A stretch of 64,000 bases of DNA from Coleofasciculus sp. B1-GNL1-01. Its GTDB lineage: Bacteria > Cyanobacteriota > Cyanobacteriia > Cyanobacteriales > Coleofasciculaceae. The stretch is taken from assembly GCA_040220235.1 (NCBI GenBank), contig JAVJTO010000070.1. The stretch is one strand, 5' to 3'. Below are positions 1-10,736 of this stretch, in pieces. The translations under genes and the position numbers were made by a program. Numbering within the stretch: position 1 is the first letter of the stretch; each line of letters opens with the position of its first letter. Under the pieces are notes generated by a model. The model saw only the letters and a list, made by a program, of their open reading frames with translations. It was not told where the DNA came from and ran no database searches.

Positions 1-319
1 AAAGTCTCACGGTGTAATACTTGTAGGTTAGGTTGACGAAGGGAACCCAACTAATTAAGCGATTAAGCTAGGTTTTCTTCAAATCAAGCCAATCGCTACA
101 CATATAAGGAAAATTTATCACCTTATGTACGGGAGAGCCAATGAGAATGAGAAATTCTTTATAAAACTTCATCTAATCAGACCTCTGACAACTGTTGTGT
201 CAACCCATTTTCTCATGCTTTACCCCCATCGTGATTACTGGACTGGCGCTCTAGGGGTAATTCTCCCCTCCTGGTCGGAAGGCTCAAATTACTATGGGAT
301 AAGGCTTGGCGCTATAGTC

Positions 320-1030
320 TTTCTCATAATGGCTTTTCGTGAGTTTACTTATGTGTATAGAGCCTTGGTCTTGAACGACTACTGTCAATTTTCCGGTTTT
401 TTCCCATCTTTCTTTAGCTTGAGTCGCTTGCCAATCCATTAATTTTATATAACTCTCACTTTTAAAACTTTTTAATACCAGACCATACTCAAAACTTTTT
501 CCCACTTCTAACAAGCCACATATATTTAACCTTTTTCCTTTCTTTTTTGTTTGTTCAATTCTTTGCAAGTTCTTCTCTTTTTCCTCAAGTATATATTGGC
601 GTATACCACAAGCTAAAACCTGACTCATCTAAGTATTTTAAGCAAATTTCCCCGGCGGCTTCTGCCCATTGGAGCATCTCTAAGTCCGCCTTCTTGATCG
701 CTCTTGCTCTTGAGTCTTGCTTATTCACCAGAGACGTTCTTGTTCTTTTCCAGATATAATTTTTTTTTAGAATTATTCGTAACTGACGTTCACTCAGTTT
801 TACTTTCCTTTCCTTTCACAAAAATTGACAGAGCTGGCGACTATTATAACTTCTTGATTCTGTCTCTATTTTTTTCTCTATTTCGGCTATATCTTCCGTA
901 CTCCATTTCCTTTTTCTTCCCGTTTTTGGTGCATCCCACAATCCGACTAACCCCTTTTCTTCCCATTTATGTATTGTTTCTCGCACTCGTTGTTTTGACC
1001 ATTTTAAATAAACGGCTATTTCTTGGGCGG
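320..1030 (-). pseudogene. IS630-family transposase remnant (truncated, frameshifted)
   Basis: Manual minus-strand translation gives an HTH segment (QEIAVYLKWSKQRVRETIHKWEEKGLVGLWDAPKTGRKRKW), an A9 run at 760-768 at the usual ORF junction, then ICLKYLDESGF and RLNICGLL...TVVVQDQGSIH DDE segments in different frames. Ends are approximate. Confidence 0.85.
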
Positions 1031-1162
1031 CGGCGTAGTCTTAGGGACACATTTTTACATTTACACCAATAAAGTCAGCCTACACATCTAATCCACAACA
1101 AGCCATCTGGAACTCTTCATTACAAAACTTCATACAGTGCCGTTTTCTTTTGTCCGACTACT

Positions 1163-1192
1163 TAATACCCAATTTAAATGCATGACAGCTTA
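1163..1192. repeat. End of a dispersed MITE-like element (TAATACCCAATTTAAATGCATGACAGCTTA)
   Basis: Identical at 43041-43070 and one mismatch at 37989-38018. Confidence 0.85.
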
Positions 1193-1483
1193 CTCGCGAT
1201 CGCGATTTGTTTCTATCCTTTTTAGCACCTCTTTATCGGGTTCGAGGATTCTGATCTCTAAATCGCCTTTCGTCACCTCCGACTGAACGTCGAGGACAAC
1301 TTCATTTCCGGCATCAACCTCAATTTTCCGTCGTTCTGTCCCCGTGAAGGTGTTATAGGAGGCTTTTGTCTGAGTTGGGAGATTCCTACTGAACCAACCT
1401 ACTCTTAGAGAACTAGAACAGGCAGATAGCCCAATCACAACCAAGGCGAATAGTAAGGATTGAATTCCACGTTTAATTCCCAT
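1190..1483 (-). CDS. Putative lipoprotein, possibly C-terminally truncated
   Basis: Basic N-terminus, hydrophobic stretch and LSAC lipobox. The stop codon is supplied by the adjacent repeat end. Confidence 0.65.
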   Translation of the reverse strand: MGIKRGIQSLLFALVVIGLSACSSSLRVGWFSRNLPTQTKASYNTFTGTERRKIEVDAGNEVVLDVQSEVTKGDLEIRILEPDKEVLKRIETNRDRE

Positions 1484-1492
1484 AAGCGCGGC

Positions 1493-3460
1493 TTAAGCAA
1501 ACATCTCGTCAATCAAATCTTGATACTGTTCTCTAACGACATGACGCTTAACTTTTAGCGTCTGCGTCAACATGCCATTTTCTTGAGAAAATGGTTCTGT
1601 AATCAAGCGAAATACACCAATTCGGTCATTGGGATTATAACCAGGACGATTTTTCGCTTCTCGATTGATTTCTTGGCGGAAAAATTCCTGGACGGGTTTG
1701 CTATTTAAATCAATCGTTTCCTCACCAGAAGCAGATTCCTTATCCGGGAGTTGCAGGTGATACTGATTCTGTTCTGCCCACCCTTGTAAGTTATCGAAAT
1801 TTGGTACAATTAAAGCGCCTAGCGATCGCTGATCTTGACCCACTACCACGATCTGATCAATATACCGACTTCGCATACAGGCATTTTCAATCGGTTTCGG
1901 TTCGACATTCTCACCGTTACTCAGGACAATTGTATCCTTTGCCCGCCCAGTTAAAACTAAGTCGTCTTGAACCGTTAACCAGCCTAAGTCTTCGGTATTA
2001 AACCACCCTTCAGCATCAATTACTTTATCCGTGGCTTCTGGGTTGCGATAATAACCCTGCATGATTTGAGATCCCCGCGCCCAAACTAATCCTTTTTCTC
2101 CTTGGGGAAGGGTTTCTCTGCTGTCTGGATCAACAATGCGAATTTCTGTCTCTAGAATCGGTTTACCCGCAGAACCCCGGAGGTTATGCCAAGAACGACG
2201 GGCAGTGAGAACGGGCGAGGTTTCGGTTAAACCATAGCCTTCGAGTACCTCAATGCCAATTATTTCATAAAAATCATCTAATTTCTGGGAAAGTGCGCCG
2301 CCACCACAGATGGTTTGTTTTAAGTTGGCGCCGATTTGTTCGCGGATTTTCTTGTAGATAAATCGGTCTGCTAATGCATGAATGAGAACCAATGTCAAGG
2401 ATTGAAGTCTAGCCCAGAGGCGTTGGAATAGAGAGGGCTGCTGCTGTTCTAAACTTAAGCCATTAACAAGGCGACGGGCTTTAATATAGCGATCGCTAAT
2501 CGAGAATAGGATATTAACTAGGCGTTGCTTGCGGGCAGATTCTTTACTTAGCTGCTTTTGCACCGTCTCATAAATCGATTCCAATAAACGGGGAACCGAG
2601 ACAAAATAGTTCGGGTGTTGGGCATTCAGATCCCGCTTAACATGACGCAGCGTGGTGTAAATCAGGGTACAGCCTTGGGATAGGGCAAAGTATTCAATGG
2701 CGCGTTCATAAACATGCCAAGATGGGAGAATACTCAAGATGCGATCGCCTGCTTCTAGCTGTACAATTGCACCCAAGCTAGTGACTTGATGTAACAGGTT
2801 GCCATGACTTAGCATCACGCCCTTGGGTTTCCCGGTAGTGCCAGACGTGTAAACTAGGGTAGCGAGGGTGTCAGGGGTTTGTTCAATGGGTTGGAATGTG
2901 TGATTGTTTCCCTGTTCCAACACTTGGGAAAAATTGAGGATATTTAACTCCGACTCAGCGTCGGGTTCCTGATCGGATAATAAAATAACCAACTGAATCG
3001 GCAAATCATGCAAATGCTGATCTAACTTGGTTAAAGTATCCTGATTTTCCACCACTAAGGCAGTCGCTTCACTATCCTTAAGGATATAGAGAAGTTCCTC
3101 TTGTTCCGCTTGAGAACTTCGCACCACATCAACCGCCCCAGTGGTCATAATACCTTGGTCAGCTACAAACCAGCGGGAACTATTTTCCGAAAACAACGCC
3201 ACCCGATCGCCCGTCGAGACGCCTAATGCTTGTAATCCAGCCGCAAACTGCTGAATTTGCTGCCACATCTGGGCAAAGGTTAGCTTAACATCGGGTTTAG
3301 CGTAAGGGTTTTCTAAGGCGACAGTCTCCCCAAATCGCTGGGCAGCTAACGACCAAACCTCTGGTAAGGATGATATGGTGTTGTAATCAGCTTGGTGTTC
3401 CAAATTTTGGCGTTCTGGGGGTGTGGGTTTAGACGCGATCGCAATAGCTGGGGCATTCAT
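1493..3460 (-). CDS. aas: Long-chain fatty acid:ACP/CoA ligase (cyanobacterial Aas-like)
   Basis: AMP-binding motifs YTSGTTGKPKG, GYGLTETSP, GRAKDTIVLSNGENVEP and C-terminal LTQTLK. Confidence 0.88.
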   Translation of the reverse strand: MNAPAIAIASKPTPPERQNLEHQADYNTISSLPEVWSLAAQRFGETVALENPYAKPDVKLTFAQMWQQIQQFAAGLQALGVSTGDRVALFSENSSRWFVADQGIMTTGAVDVVRSSQAEQEELLYILKDSEATALVVENQDTLTKLDQHLHDLPIQLVILLSDQEPDAESELNILNFSQVLEQGNNHTFQPIEQTPDTLATLVYTSGTTGKPKGVMLSHGNLLHQVTSLGAIVQLEAGDRILSILPSWHVYERAIEYFALSQGCTLIYTTLRHVKRDLNAQHPNYFVSVPRLLESIYETVQKQLSKESARKQRLVNILFSISDRYIKARRLVNGLSLEQQQPSLFQRLWARLQSLTLVLIHALADRFIYKKIREQIGANLKQTICGGGALSQKLDDFYEIIGIEVLEGYGLTETSPVLTARRSWHNLRGSAGKPILETEIRIVDPDSRETLPQGEKGLVWARGSQIMQGYYRNPEATDKVIDAEGWFNTEDLGWLTVQDDLVLTGRAKDTIVLSNGENVEPKPIENACMRSRYIDQIVVVGQDQRSLGALIVPNFDNLQGWAEQNQYHLQLPDKESASGEETIDLNSKPVQEFFRQEINREAKNRPGYNPNDRIGVFRLITEPFSQENGMLTQTLKVKRHVVREQYQDLIDEMFA

Positions 3461-3474
3461 AGGAATTTTGATTG

Positions 3475-3988
3475 TGTAGGGGCGGGTTTAGGGACATTCG
3501 TTTGGTTGTTAATGATAACCTTTGTACAAAACCCGCCCTTTGTGTAAGTTTGACGTTTGCATCTGTAGGGGCGGGTTTAGGGACATTCGTTTGGTGGTTA
3601 ATGGTAACCTTTGTACAAAACCCGCCCTTTGTTTAAGTTTGACGTTTGTATCTGTAGGGACAGGTTTAGGGACATTCGTTTGATGGTTAATGATAACCTT
3701 TGTACAAAACCCGCCCTTTGTGTAAGTTTGACGTTTGCATCTGTAGGTGCGGGTGTAGGGACAATAGAGTGTTCGTTAATGGTAACCTTTGTACAAAACA
3801 CTCCCATTGTTAAAGATTTACGTTTGAAGCTGTAGTGACAGGTGTATGGAAATACGATATGTTTTTAAAGGTAACATTTGTACAAAACCCGCCCTTTGTT
3901 TAGGTTTGACGTTTGCATCTGTAGGGACAGGTTTAGGGACATTCGTTTGGTTGTTAATGGTAACCTTTGTACAAAACCCGCCCTTTGT
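3475..3988. repeat. Tandem array of six 89-bp units, each containing a REP-like palindrome (GTAGGGGCGGGTTT...AAACCCGCCC)
   Basis: Unit starts at 3475, 3564, 3653, 3742, 3831 and 3920. The last unit is partial and units 4-5 are degenerate. Confidence 0.95.
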
Positions 3989-3998
3989 TGACCTAACA

Positions 3999-5150
3999 TT
4001 AAGCTGGCGTAAGCTGCTTGGCTTTATCTTCAATCGATTGCATCAGCGAATCAAAGGGTTTAGCAAACTTTTCAATCCCTTCCTCAACCAGTTCTGCCAT
4101 AACTTGGTCATAGTCGATCTGAATATCGGGTTCAGCCAGACTTTCCAGCGTCTTCTGCGCTTTATCAGCCTCACTTTCTACCCGATTGGGGGCGACATCA
4201 GCATGATCGGCACAAGCTTCAATTGTGTCCGGGGGTAGAGTATTCACCGTATTCGGACCAATCAACTCATTCACATACATCACATCGCTGTAGTCCGGAT
4301 TTTTGGTGCTGGTACTTGCCCAGAGAACCCGCTGTATATTTGCCCCTTGTTCAGCTAGGGCTTTAAAGCGATCGCTCTCGAAAATTTCCTTAAACCGTTG
4401 ATAGGCAACCTTCGCATTCGCGATCGCGACTTTTCCTTTCAGTTCCCGTAAGCGGGCTTCTTCGTTGAGTTCCTCAGTACCGATCTGTTTGAGTCTCTCA
4501 TCAATGCGATTATCAACCTTAGTATCGATGCGACTGAGGAAGAAACTAGCTACTGACGCAATATTCTCAATCGGTTTACCAGCAGCAACTCGTGCTTCTA
4601 AGCCACGAACATAAGCCCAAGCCGATTCCACGTAACTCTCTACGGAAAACAGGAGAGTGATATTAACGTTAATCCCTTCAGAAATTGCCTGTTCTATCGC
4701 CGGGAATCCTTCTTTCGTTCCCGGAATTTTAATAAACACATTATCCCGGTCAATGGCGCGAAAAAAGCGTCGAGCTTCTTCAATCGTGCGTTGGGTATCC
4801 CGCGCTAAGTGAGGGGAGACTTCGATACTAACAAAGCCATCGGTTCCGCCAGACTCGTCGTAGATGGGGCGGAAAATGTCGCAGGCGTTACGAATATCTT
4901 CAAAGATCAGGGATTCGTAAATCTCTGATGTAGATTTTTTAGCCTCGATCCCCGCTTCGATATCGCTATCGTAGACGCGGTTATTCGCCACCGCCTTAGC
5001 AAAGGACTTGGGATTTGAGGTAATCCCGCTGATTCCACGAGTCTCAATCTTGTTTTTCAGTTCACCGGATTCGATTAGCTGGCGATCCAGATAATCCATC
5101 CAGATACTTTGACCGTATTCCTTGATTTGAAAAATTGGATTATTAGCCAT
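3999..5150 (-). CDS. tal: Transaldolase (long form)
   Basis: GQSIWMD, GITSNP, GFVSIEVSP, FIKIPGT (Schiff-base Lys), NVNITLLFS, VASFFLSRID, LWASTSTKNP. Confidence 0.95.
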   Translation of the reverse strand: MANNPIFQIKEYGQSIWMDYLDRQLIESGELKNKIETRGISGITSNPKSFAKAVANNRVYDSDIEAGIEAKKSTSEIYESLIFEDIRNACDIFRPIYDESGGTDGFVSIEVSPHLARDTQRTIEEARRFFRAIDRDNVFIKIPGTKEGFPAIEQAISEGINVNITLLFSVESYVESAWAYVRGLEARVAAGKPIENIASVASFFLSRIDTKVDNRIDERLKQIGTEELNEEARLRELKGKVAIANAKVAYQRFKEIFESDRFKALAEQGANIQRVLWASTSTKNPDYSDVMYVNELIGPNTVNTLPPDTIEACADHADVAPNRVESEADKAQKTLESLAEPDIQIDYDQVMAELVEEGIEKFAKPFDSLMQSIEDKAKQLTPA

Positions 5151-5435
5151 TATGATTTTATATCCTCCTTAATTACTTGAGCTACTTACAGTTATTCAAG
5201 ACAAGATGCCAAGTGTTTGATATTGGCAATTTATATAACTTGATGCTCGTTAGGTTTTAAAACAAGGGTTCAGCACCTCACTAACCCACCTCAGATTTCT
5301 GAGAGGACGGGAAAATGCTGGACACTCAATAACAAGCCTACTAATTTTTATCAGAGGATTACGTCTACCTGAAGTCAGGGTTAAGGGAAGGGTTGCTGAT
5401 TAGGATTGCCGGAAAAATCTGCCCATAGTTGTAAC

Positions 5436-5515
5436 TGGTCATTTGTCATTTGTCATTTGTCATTGGTCATTGGTCATTGGTCATTTGTCATTTGTCATTC
5501 GTCATTCGTCATTCG
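5436..5515. repeat. STRR-type heptamer tandem repeat (TTTGTCA/TTGGTCA/TTCGTCA)
   Basis: Directly visible tandem heptamers. Confidence 0.95.
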
Positions 5516-5520
5516 TTTAC

Positions 5521-5598
5521 TCCCTCATCTTCCCCAGCTCCCCCAGCTCCCCCAGCTCCCTCTGCTTCCCTAGCTCCCCCAGCTTCCCCAGCTCCCCA
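5521..5598. repeat. 9-mer tandem repeat (CCCCAGCTC and variants)
   Basis: Directly visible. A related G-rich run lies at 40707-40780. Confidence 0.9.
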
Positions 5599-5762
5599 CA
5601 CCCGACACCCCCTTTTCCAGAAAGTTGATCTATCTTCTATGACAGGTGTTCTCACGCGCCATCCCGGATTACAAATCATCCGGTTAGGCAGACGTTCAAT
5701 TGGTAGGGGTGTGTAGACCCTGAAAATTAAACGCTAGAGAGAACATCAGTTCTATTGCCGTT

Positions 5763-7205
5763 ATGACCCAGTATCCTATGCGTCGCACTAAAATTATCTG
5801 TACCATTGGACCCGCTACCGCCTCACCCGAACGCCTTGATGCCTTAATCGAAGCGGGGATGGATGTTTCCCGGTTAAACTTTTCCCACGGTTCCCATGAG
5901 TTTCACGGACAGACGATTCAGCAACTCCGAGAAATTAGCAGCCAACATCGCAAACCCCTCGCCTTGCTGCAAGATTTATGCGGACCGAAAATTCGTCTGG
6001 GAAAACTACCTCCCGATGGGATTAATGTGAAAACGGGGGATGAAGTAACCTTTGTGTTAAACGAGGAAGGCAATAACCCGGATGAGATTCCCTTACCCAT
6101 TCCCACCCTGTTTGCTATGGTGCGCGTGGGTGAACCGATTTCGATTAATGATGGTCGAGTCAAGTTGATTGTCACAGAACGGGATACAGATAGTATTCGC
6201 GCCTTGGTGAAAATTGGTGGACTCCTGTCCTCTAAAAAGGGAGTTAACTTACCTGAAACCTATTTACCCGTTACATCCGTCACCGAAAAAGACATGACCG
6301 ATTTACGGTTTGGGTTGCAATCGGGGATTGACTGGGTGGCGGTGTCTTTTGTGCGAAGCGCCAGTGATTTAGAACCCGTGCGGCGGATGATTGAAGCCGC
6401 AGGCGCTAAAACCCGTGTGATTGCCAAAATTGAAAAACGGGAAGCGGTGGAAAACTTAGAGGAAATCCTCCATGTTGCTGATGGAATTATGATTGCTCGT
6501 GGTGACTTGGGAGTTGAGACGCCGTTGGATCAAGTACCCTTAATCCAAAAAGAGATTACTCGTCGCTGCAACCAACTCGGTAAACCTGTGATTACAGCCA
6601 CCCAGATGCTAGAGTCGATGATCAGCGCTCCTGATCCCACTCGCGCTGAAGCCACCGATGTCGCCAACTCAATTTTAGATGGGACGGATGCGGTGATGCT
6701 TTCAGGTGAAACTGCTGTGGGACAATATCCCATCGCCGCCGTGGAAATGATGAACAATATTGCTATCCAGACGGAAAAAGCCCTAGCCGAAGGATTGCAA
6801 CCCTCCTCTGAGTTTCCCAGTTGCAGTATTAGCACCACCGAATCCGTAGCCGAAGCCGCTTGTCATATTGCCAGTCAATTAGGCGCACGGGGAATTATGT
6901 GTAATACTTCCTCCGGCAGTTCCGCCCGACTGGTGTCTAAGTATCGCCCCAAAACTCCGATTATTGCGTTTACACCAGAAGAAAGTACCTATCGTCAGTT
7001 GGCTTTGTCTTGGGGAGTGCAACCTTATCTGATTACCCCGGTATACAATGCTGAACAGATGTTAACCAATGTGGTAAATGCTGCGGTGGAGATGGAGTTA
7101 GCCGAATACGGGGACAAGGTGGTGATTACCTCCGGTGTTCCCATTGGTACGCCAGGAACCACCAGTTTGATCAAAGTCCACAAGATTGGACAGGCGATCG
7201 CGTAA
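5763..7205 (+). CDS. pyk: Pyruvate kinase (no C-terminal PEP-utiliser domain)
   Basis: RRTKIICTIGPA, RLNFSHG, IAKIE, ARGDLGVE, TATQMLESM, DAVMLSGETA. Confidence 0.97.
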   Translation: MTQYPMRRTKIICTIGPATASPERLDALIEAGMDVSRLNFSHGSHEFHGQTIQQLREISSQHRKPLALLQDLCGPKIRLGKLPPDGINVKTGDEVTFVLNEEGNNPDEIPLPIPTLFAMVRVGEPISINDGRVKLIVTERDTDSIRALVKIGGLLSSKKGVNLPETYLPVTSVTEKDMTDLRFGLQSGIDWVAVSFVRSASDLEPVRRMIEAAGAKTRVIAKIEKREAVENLEEILHVADGIMIARGDLGVETPLDQVPLIQKEITRRCNQLGKPVITATQMLESMISAPDPTRAEATDVANSILDGTDAVMLSGETAVGQYPIAAVEMMNNIAIQTEKALAEGLQPSSEFPSCSISTTESVAEAACHIASQLGARGIMCNTSSGSSARLVSKYRPKTPIIAFTPEESTYRQLALSWGVQPYLITPVYNAEQMLTNVVNAAVEMELAEYGDKVVITSGVPIGTPGTTSLIKVHKIGQAIA

Positions 7206-7542
7206 AATGTCATCGATCATTGGTGATTGGTGATTGGTCTTATGTCATGTAAAGGCGACCCACACCGCATCAATGTCCATGTAGGGGCGACCCGCTTGCA
7301 TTAATTCGCAACGGTAGTCCTATCAAAAAAATCGGGTCGCCCTCCGCCCAAAGGTTCAAGCGATCGCGTAAAATGTCATCGGTCATTGGTGATTGGTGAT
7401 TGGTCTTATGTCATGTAGGGGCGACCCACACCGCATCAATGCCCATGTAGGGGCGACCCACACCGCGTCAATGCCCATGTAGGGGCGACCCGCCTCCATT
7501 AATTCGCAACGGTAGTCCTATCCAAAAACTCGGGTCGCCCTC
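7194..7542. repeat. Two-copy direct repeat containing REP-like GTAGGGGCGACCC...GGGTCGCCC palindromes
   Basis: Copies start at HIP1 sites 7194 and 7360. The second copy has an extra ~32-bp subunit. Confidence 0.9.
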
Positions 7543-7944
7543 TGATCCATTGGTATCGACTGGAGATAAACCCCTCCCTAACCCTCCCCTTGTCAAGGGG
7601 AGGGAACAAGACTGCTTCCCCAAAATAACCAGATTTGAATACTCTGAACGCTTAAGTTATTTTAAATTTTATTTCCGTATCAGACGTTACATCCGATCAA
7701 TCTTCACGAAAACTTCATACAATCACCCCAAATACGCGAATTTTATGAAGATTCCGTAAAGATGCTCAATATGAGCGATCGCTCACCCCAAAGCTTGATT
7801 AAGATTTTAAAAGTATATCTTCAGGATTTCTGGCATATAGCTTGACACGAGTGCCAGAAACACTGTCTATCTGACCCCAGATGGATGCTGTCAGCCAAGC
7901 TAACTATTAAGCTAGCCCCAACAACCCCCACGACTAGGAGCCAG

Positions 7945-9072
7945 ATGACACACTCTACCGCAACACCGACTATTTCGGTAATCATCCCTGTCTATAACGG
8001 TGGCGAAGCCTTTCGTCGTTGCCTTACCAGGCTTGCACAAACCTCACCTCAACCCTTTGAAGTGATTGTCGTCGCTGACGGTGATACTGACGGATCTGGG
8101 CAGTTCGCTCAAGACTTCGGTGCTAAAGTGATCCGAGTTCCCACCTCTGGCGGACCGGCGAAAGCTCGCAACTTAGGTGCTAAAGCAGCGAGCGGTGATA
8201 TTCTTTTCTTCGTCGATGCCGATGTCGAGGTACATGATAACACCATCGGTAAAGTGGCGACAACCTTCCACCAAGAAGCTGAACTCGCCGCCCTAATTGG
8301 CTCCTACGATGATCAGCCGGGGGCACCTAATTTCTTATCCCAGTATAAAAATTTATTCCATCACTATACCCATCAAACCGGATCAGAAGACGCCTCAACC
8401 TTCTGGGGGGCTTGTGGTGCAATCCGGCGGGATATTTTCTTAGCCGTCGGTGGCTTTGACGAGAGTTATCGCCTCCCTTGTGTAGAAGATATTGAATTAG
8501 GCAATAGACTTAAACGCAAAGGGTATCAAATTGGCTTGCGAAAAACCATCCAAGTCAAGCATCTGAAGTGCTGGAGAACCTACTCCCTGCTGAGAGCGGA
8601 TATCTTTTATCGGGCAATCCCTTGGACAGCGATCATATTACGCGATCGCGAAATGGTCAATGATTTGAATCTCAACCTCTCCAACCGCATCAGTGTAGTC
8701 TTAGTCTATACCTTATTAGCGGCTCTAATCGCCGTTTGGTGGGTATCGGCTGCATGGGTTGGCATCGCGGGATTGAGTTTGGCACTATTGGCAATCAACG
8801 CCTCCGTCTATCAATTCTTTTATCAAAAACGCGGTTTCCTCTTCGCCTTGCAAACCGTACCCTGGCACTGGCTGTACTATTTTTATAGCGGATTAGCCTT
8901 TGCGATCGGACTCGTTCGTCACCATTGGCAAACTTATCAACCGACTATCCCAACCTGGCAAACAGTCCCCAGCAACTTGTTCGCGCTTGAACAACGCATC
9001 TTTGCGTCAATTTCTCGTGAATTAGTCGGTACCTCAATTCTCGTTTCTTTAGTAATTGGCAATTCTTTCTAG
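7945..9072 (+). CDS. GT2 glycosyltransferase with C-terminal transmembrane helices
   Basis: ISVIIPVYN, GPAKARNLG, FVDAD, GGFDE...VED. AGGAG precedes ATG 7945 (the ORF track starts at 7885). Confidence 0.9.
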   Translation: MTHSTATPTISVIIPVYNGGEAFRRCLTRLAQTSPQPFEVIVVADGDTDGSGQFAQDFGAKVIRVPTSGGPAKARNLGAKAASGDILFFVDADVEVHDNTIGKVATTFHQEAELAALIGSYDDQPGAPNFLSQYKNLFHHYTHQTGSEDASTFWGACGAIRRDIFLAVGGFDESYRLPCVEDIELGNRLKRKGYQIGLRKTIQVKHLKCWRTYSLLRADIFYRAIPWTAIILRDREMVNDLNLNLSNRISVVLVYTLLAALIAVWWVSAAWVGIAGLSLALLAINASVYQFFYQKRGFLFALQTVPWHWLYYFYSGLAFAIGLVRHHWQTYQPTIPTWQTVPSNLFALEQRIFASISRELVGTSILVSLVIGNSF

Positions 9073-9115
9073 TCCTCTACATCTCGAAGATAATAAAGCA
9101 TTAGGAGGCAAATCC

Positions 9116-10576
9116 TTGACCCATCATCCAGTGGTAATTATTGGAGGCGGTCCTGCTGGCTTGACGGCGGGTTACGAACTACTCAAACAGGGAATTAAAC
9201 CCATCGTCCTGGAAAAAGCCGATAAAGTGGGTGGGATTTCCCGCACCGAAACCTACAAAGACTATCGCTTTGACATTGGCGGTCATCGCTTTTTCACCAA
9301 GGTAGGCGAAGTCGATCAGTTTTGGTATGAAATTCTGGCAGACGAATTTATTAAAGTCCCACGTCTGTCCCGCATCTATTATCAGGGCAAGTTTTACAAC
9401 TATCCCCTTTCTCTGTTCAACGCCCTATCCAATCTTGGCATCGTCCAAAGTTTCCTAATTCTGGTGAGTTACTTACGAGCAAAACTCCACGCTAAATTAA
9501 ACCCGGATTTTGAACCGGAAACCTTTGAAGAGTGGGTGATTGACTGCTTTGGGCGTCGCCTCTATAGAATTTTCTTCAAGACTTACACCGAAAAAGTTTG
9601 GGGAATTCCTTGCAGCCAAATCCGCGCGGACTGGGCAGCACAGCGCATTCAAGGGATGTCTCTCAAACGAGCGGTGATCAATGCCGTTTTCAAAAGTCAA
9701 AATGCCAAAAGCTTAATTAAGGAATTTAAGTATCCGGTATTAGGACCGGGAATGATGTGGGAACGTTGCCAGGAAAAGCTAGAGAGTCAAGGCGCTCCCG
9801 TGCATCTGCATACAACCGTGACTCGCATCGAACGGGAAGGGACTCGGGTTAAGAGTATCACAGCAAAACGAGGGGATGAAACCCTGCAATTCACAGGCGA
9901 TCATTTCATTTCTAGTATGCCTGTAACTGCCCTACTGTATCGACTCGACCCCCCGCCCCCTGACCATGTATTAGAAGCGGCAAAGGGTCTAAAATATCGA
10001 GATTTTCTGATTGTCTCACTGATTGTGAATCAGCCAGACCTATTTCCCGACAACTGGATTTATATTCATAGCCCAGAATTCCAAGTGGGACGCATTCAAA
10101 ACTTCAAAAATTGGAGTCCGGCGATGGTGCCTGATTCAAGTAAAACCTGCTTGGGAATGGAATATTTTTGCAGTGAAGGTGATCCGCTTTGGGAATTATC
10201 AGATGTCGAGTTGATTAAATTAGCGACTCGTGAGGTGATTAACCTCAATTTAGGCGTTCAGGAGGGTGATGTTGAAGACGGCGTGGTTATCCGTCAACAT
10301 AAAGCCTACCCCGTTTATGACGGCGAGTACCGTAAACATCTTCAAGTCTTGCAAGAGTATATCGAGACCTTTGACAACCTGCAAACAGTGGGTCGGAACG
10401 GGATGCACCGATACAACAATCAAGACCACTCCATGCTGACAGCGATGCTAGCCGTGAAAAACATCCTCGGCGAAAATCACGATTTGTGGAATGTCAATGT
10501 TGAGCGGTCTTACCACGAGGAGTTTACCACAAAGGAGTCGCCTAAAAAGCCCCAGCGACAGCTTGTGACAAAGTAA
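9116..10576 (+). CDS. FAD-dependent oxidoreductase (HemY-like / UDP-galactopyranose mutase-like fold, glycan-cluster type)
   Basis: IIGGGPAG, VGGISRT, FDIGGHRFFTK, GRNGMHRYNNQDHS. AGGAGG precedes TTG 9116. Confidence 0.8.
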   Translation: MTHHPVVIIGGGPAGLTAGYELLKQGIKPIVLEKADKVGGISRTETYKDYRFDIGGHRFFTKVGEVDQFWYEILADEFIKVPRLSRIYYQGKFYNYPLSLFNALSNLGIVQSFLILVSYLRAKLHAKLNPDFEPETFEEWVIDCFGRRLYRIFFKTYTEKVWGIPCSQIRADWAAQRIQGMSLKRAVINAVFKSQNAKSLIKEFKYPVLGPGMMWERCQEKLESQGAPVHLHTTVTRIEREGTRVKSITAKRGDETLQFTGDHFISSMPVTALLYRLDPPPPDHVLEAAKGLKYRDFLIVSLIVNQPDLFPDNWIYIHSPEFQVGRIQNFKNWSPAMVPDSSKTCLGMEYFCSEGDPLWELSDVELIKLATREVINLNLGVQEGDVEDGVVIRQHKAYPVYDGEYRKHLQVLQEYIETFDNLQTVGRNGMHRYNNQDHSMLTAMLAVKNILGENHDLWNVNVERSYHEEFTTKESPKKPQRQLVTK

Positions 10577-10599
10577 ACAAACTTTGAGTTTTGAGTGTG

Positions 10600-10642
10600 T
10601 AGGGGCGGGTTTCACTACTATCTTTTCGGTTGCACCCAGATG
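10600..10642. repeat. REP-like palindrome region (GTAGGGGCGGGTTT...AAACCCGCCCC; right arm extends to about 10658)
   Basis: Same arms as the 3475 array. A related inverted copy lies near 42597-42650. Confidence 0.75.
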
Positions 10643-10736
10643 TGACTAAACCCGCCCCGACTCAGGTTTCTAGACTATAAACCGCCTGTCCCTAAAAATT
10701 TCATTGATAACAAATCACCGCTTTCTCGCCAAGGAA

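Noticed and set aside
125..1072. Plus-strand ORFs 125-442, 547-759 and 704-1072
   Set aside because: They are antisense shadows of the IS630 remnant.
3475..3988. CRISPR array
   Set aside because: Whole units repeat with no unique spacers, the arms match dispersed REP-like elements, and there are no cas genes in the window.
3598..4238. Short ORFs across the repeat array
   Set aside because: They are translations of repeat DNA or antisense to tal.
5443..5716. 61- and 88-aa ORFs
   Set aside because: They are low-complexity products of heptamer and nonamer repeats.
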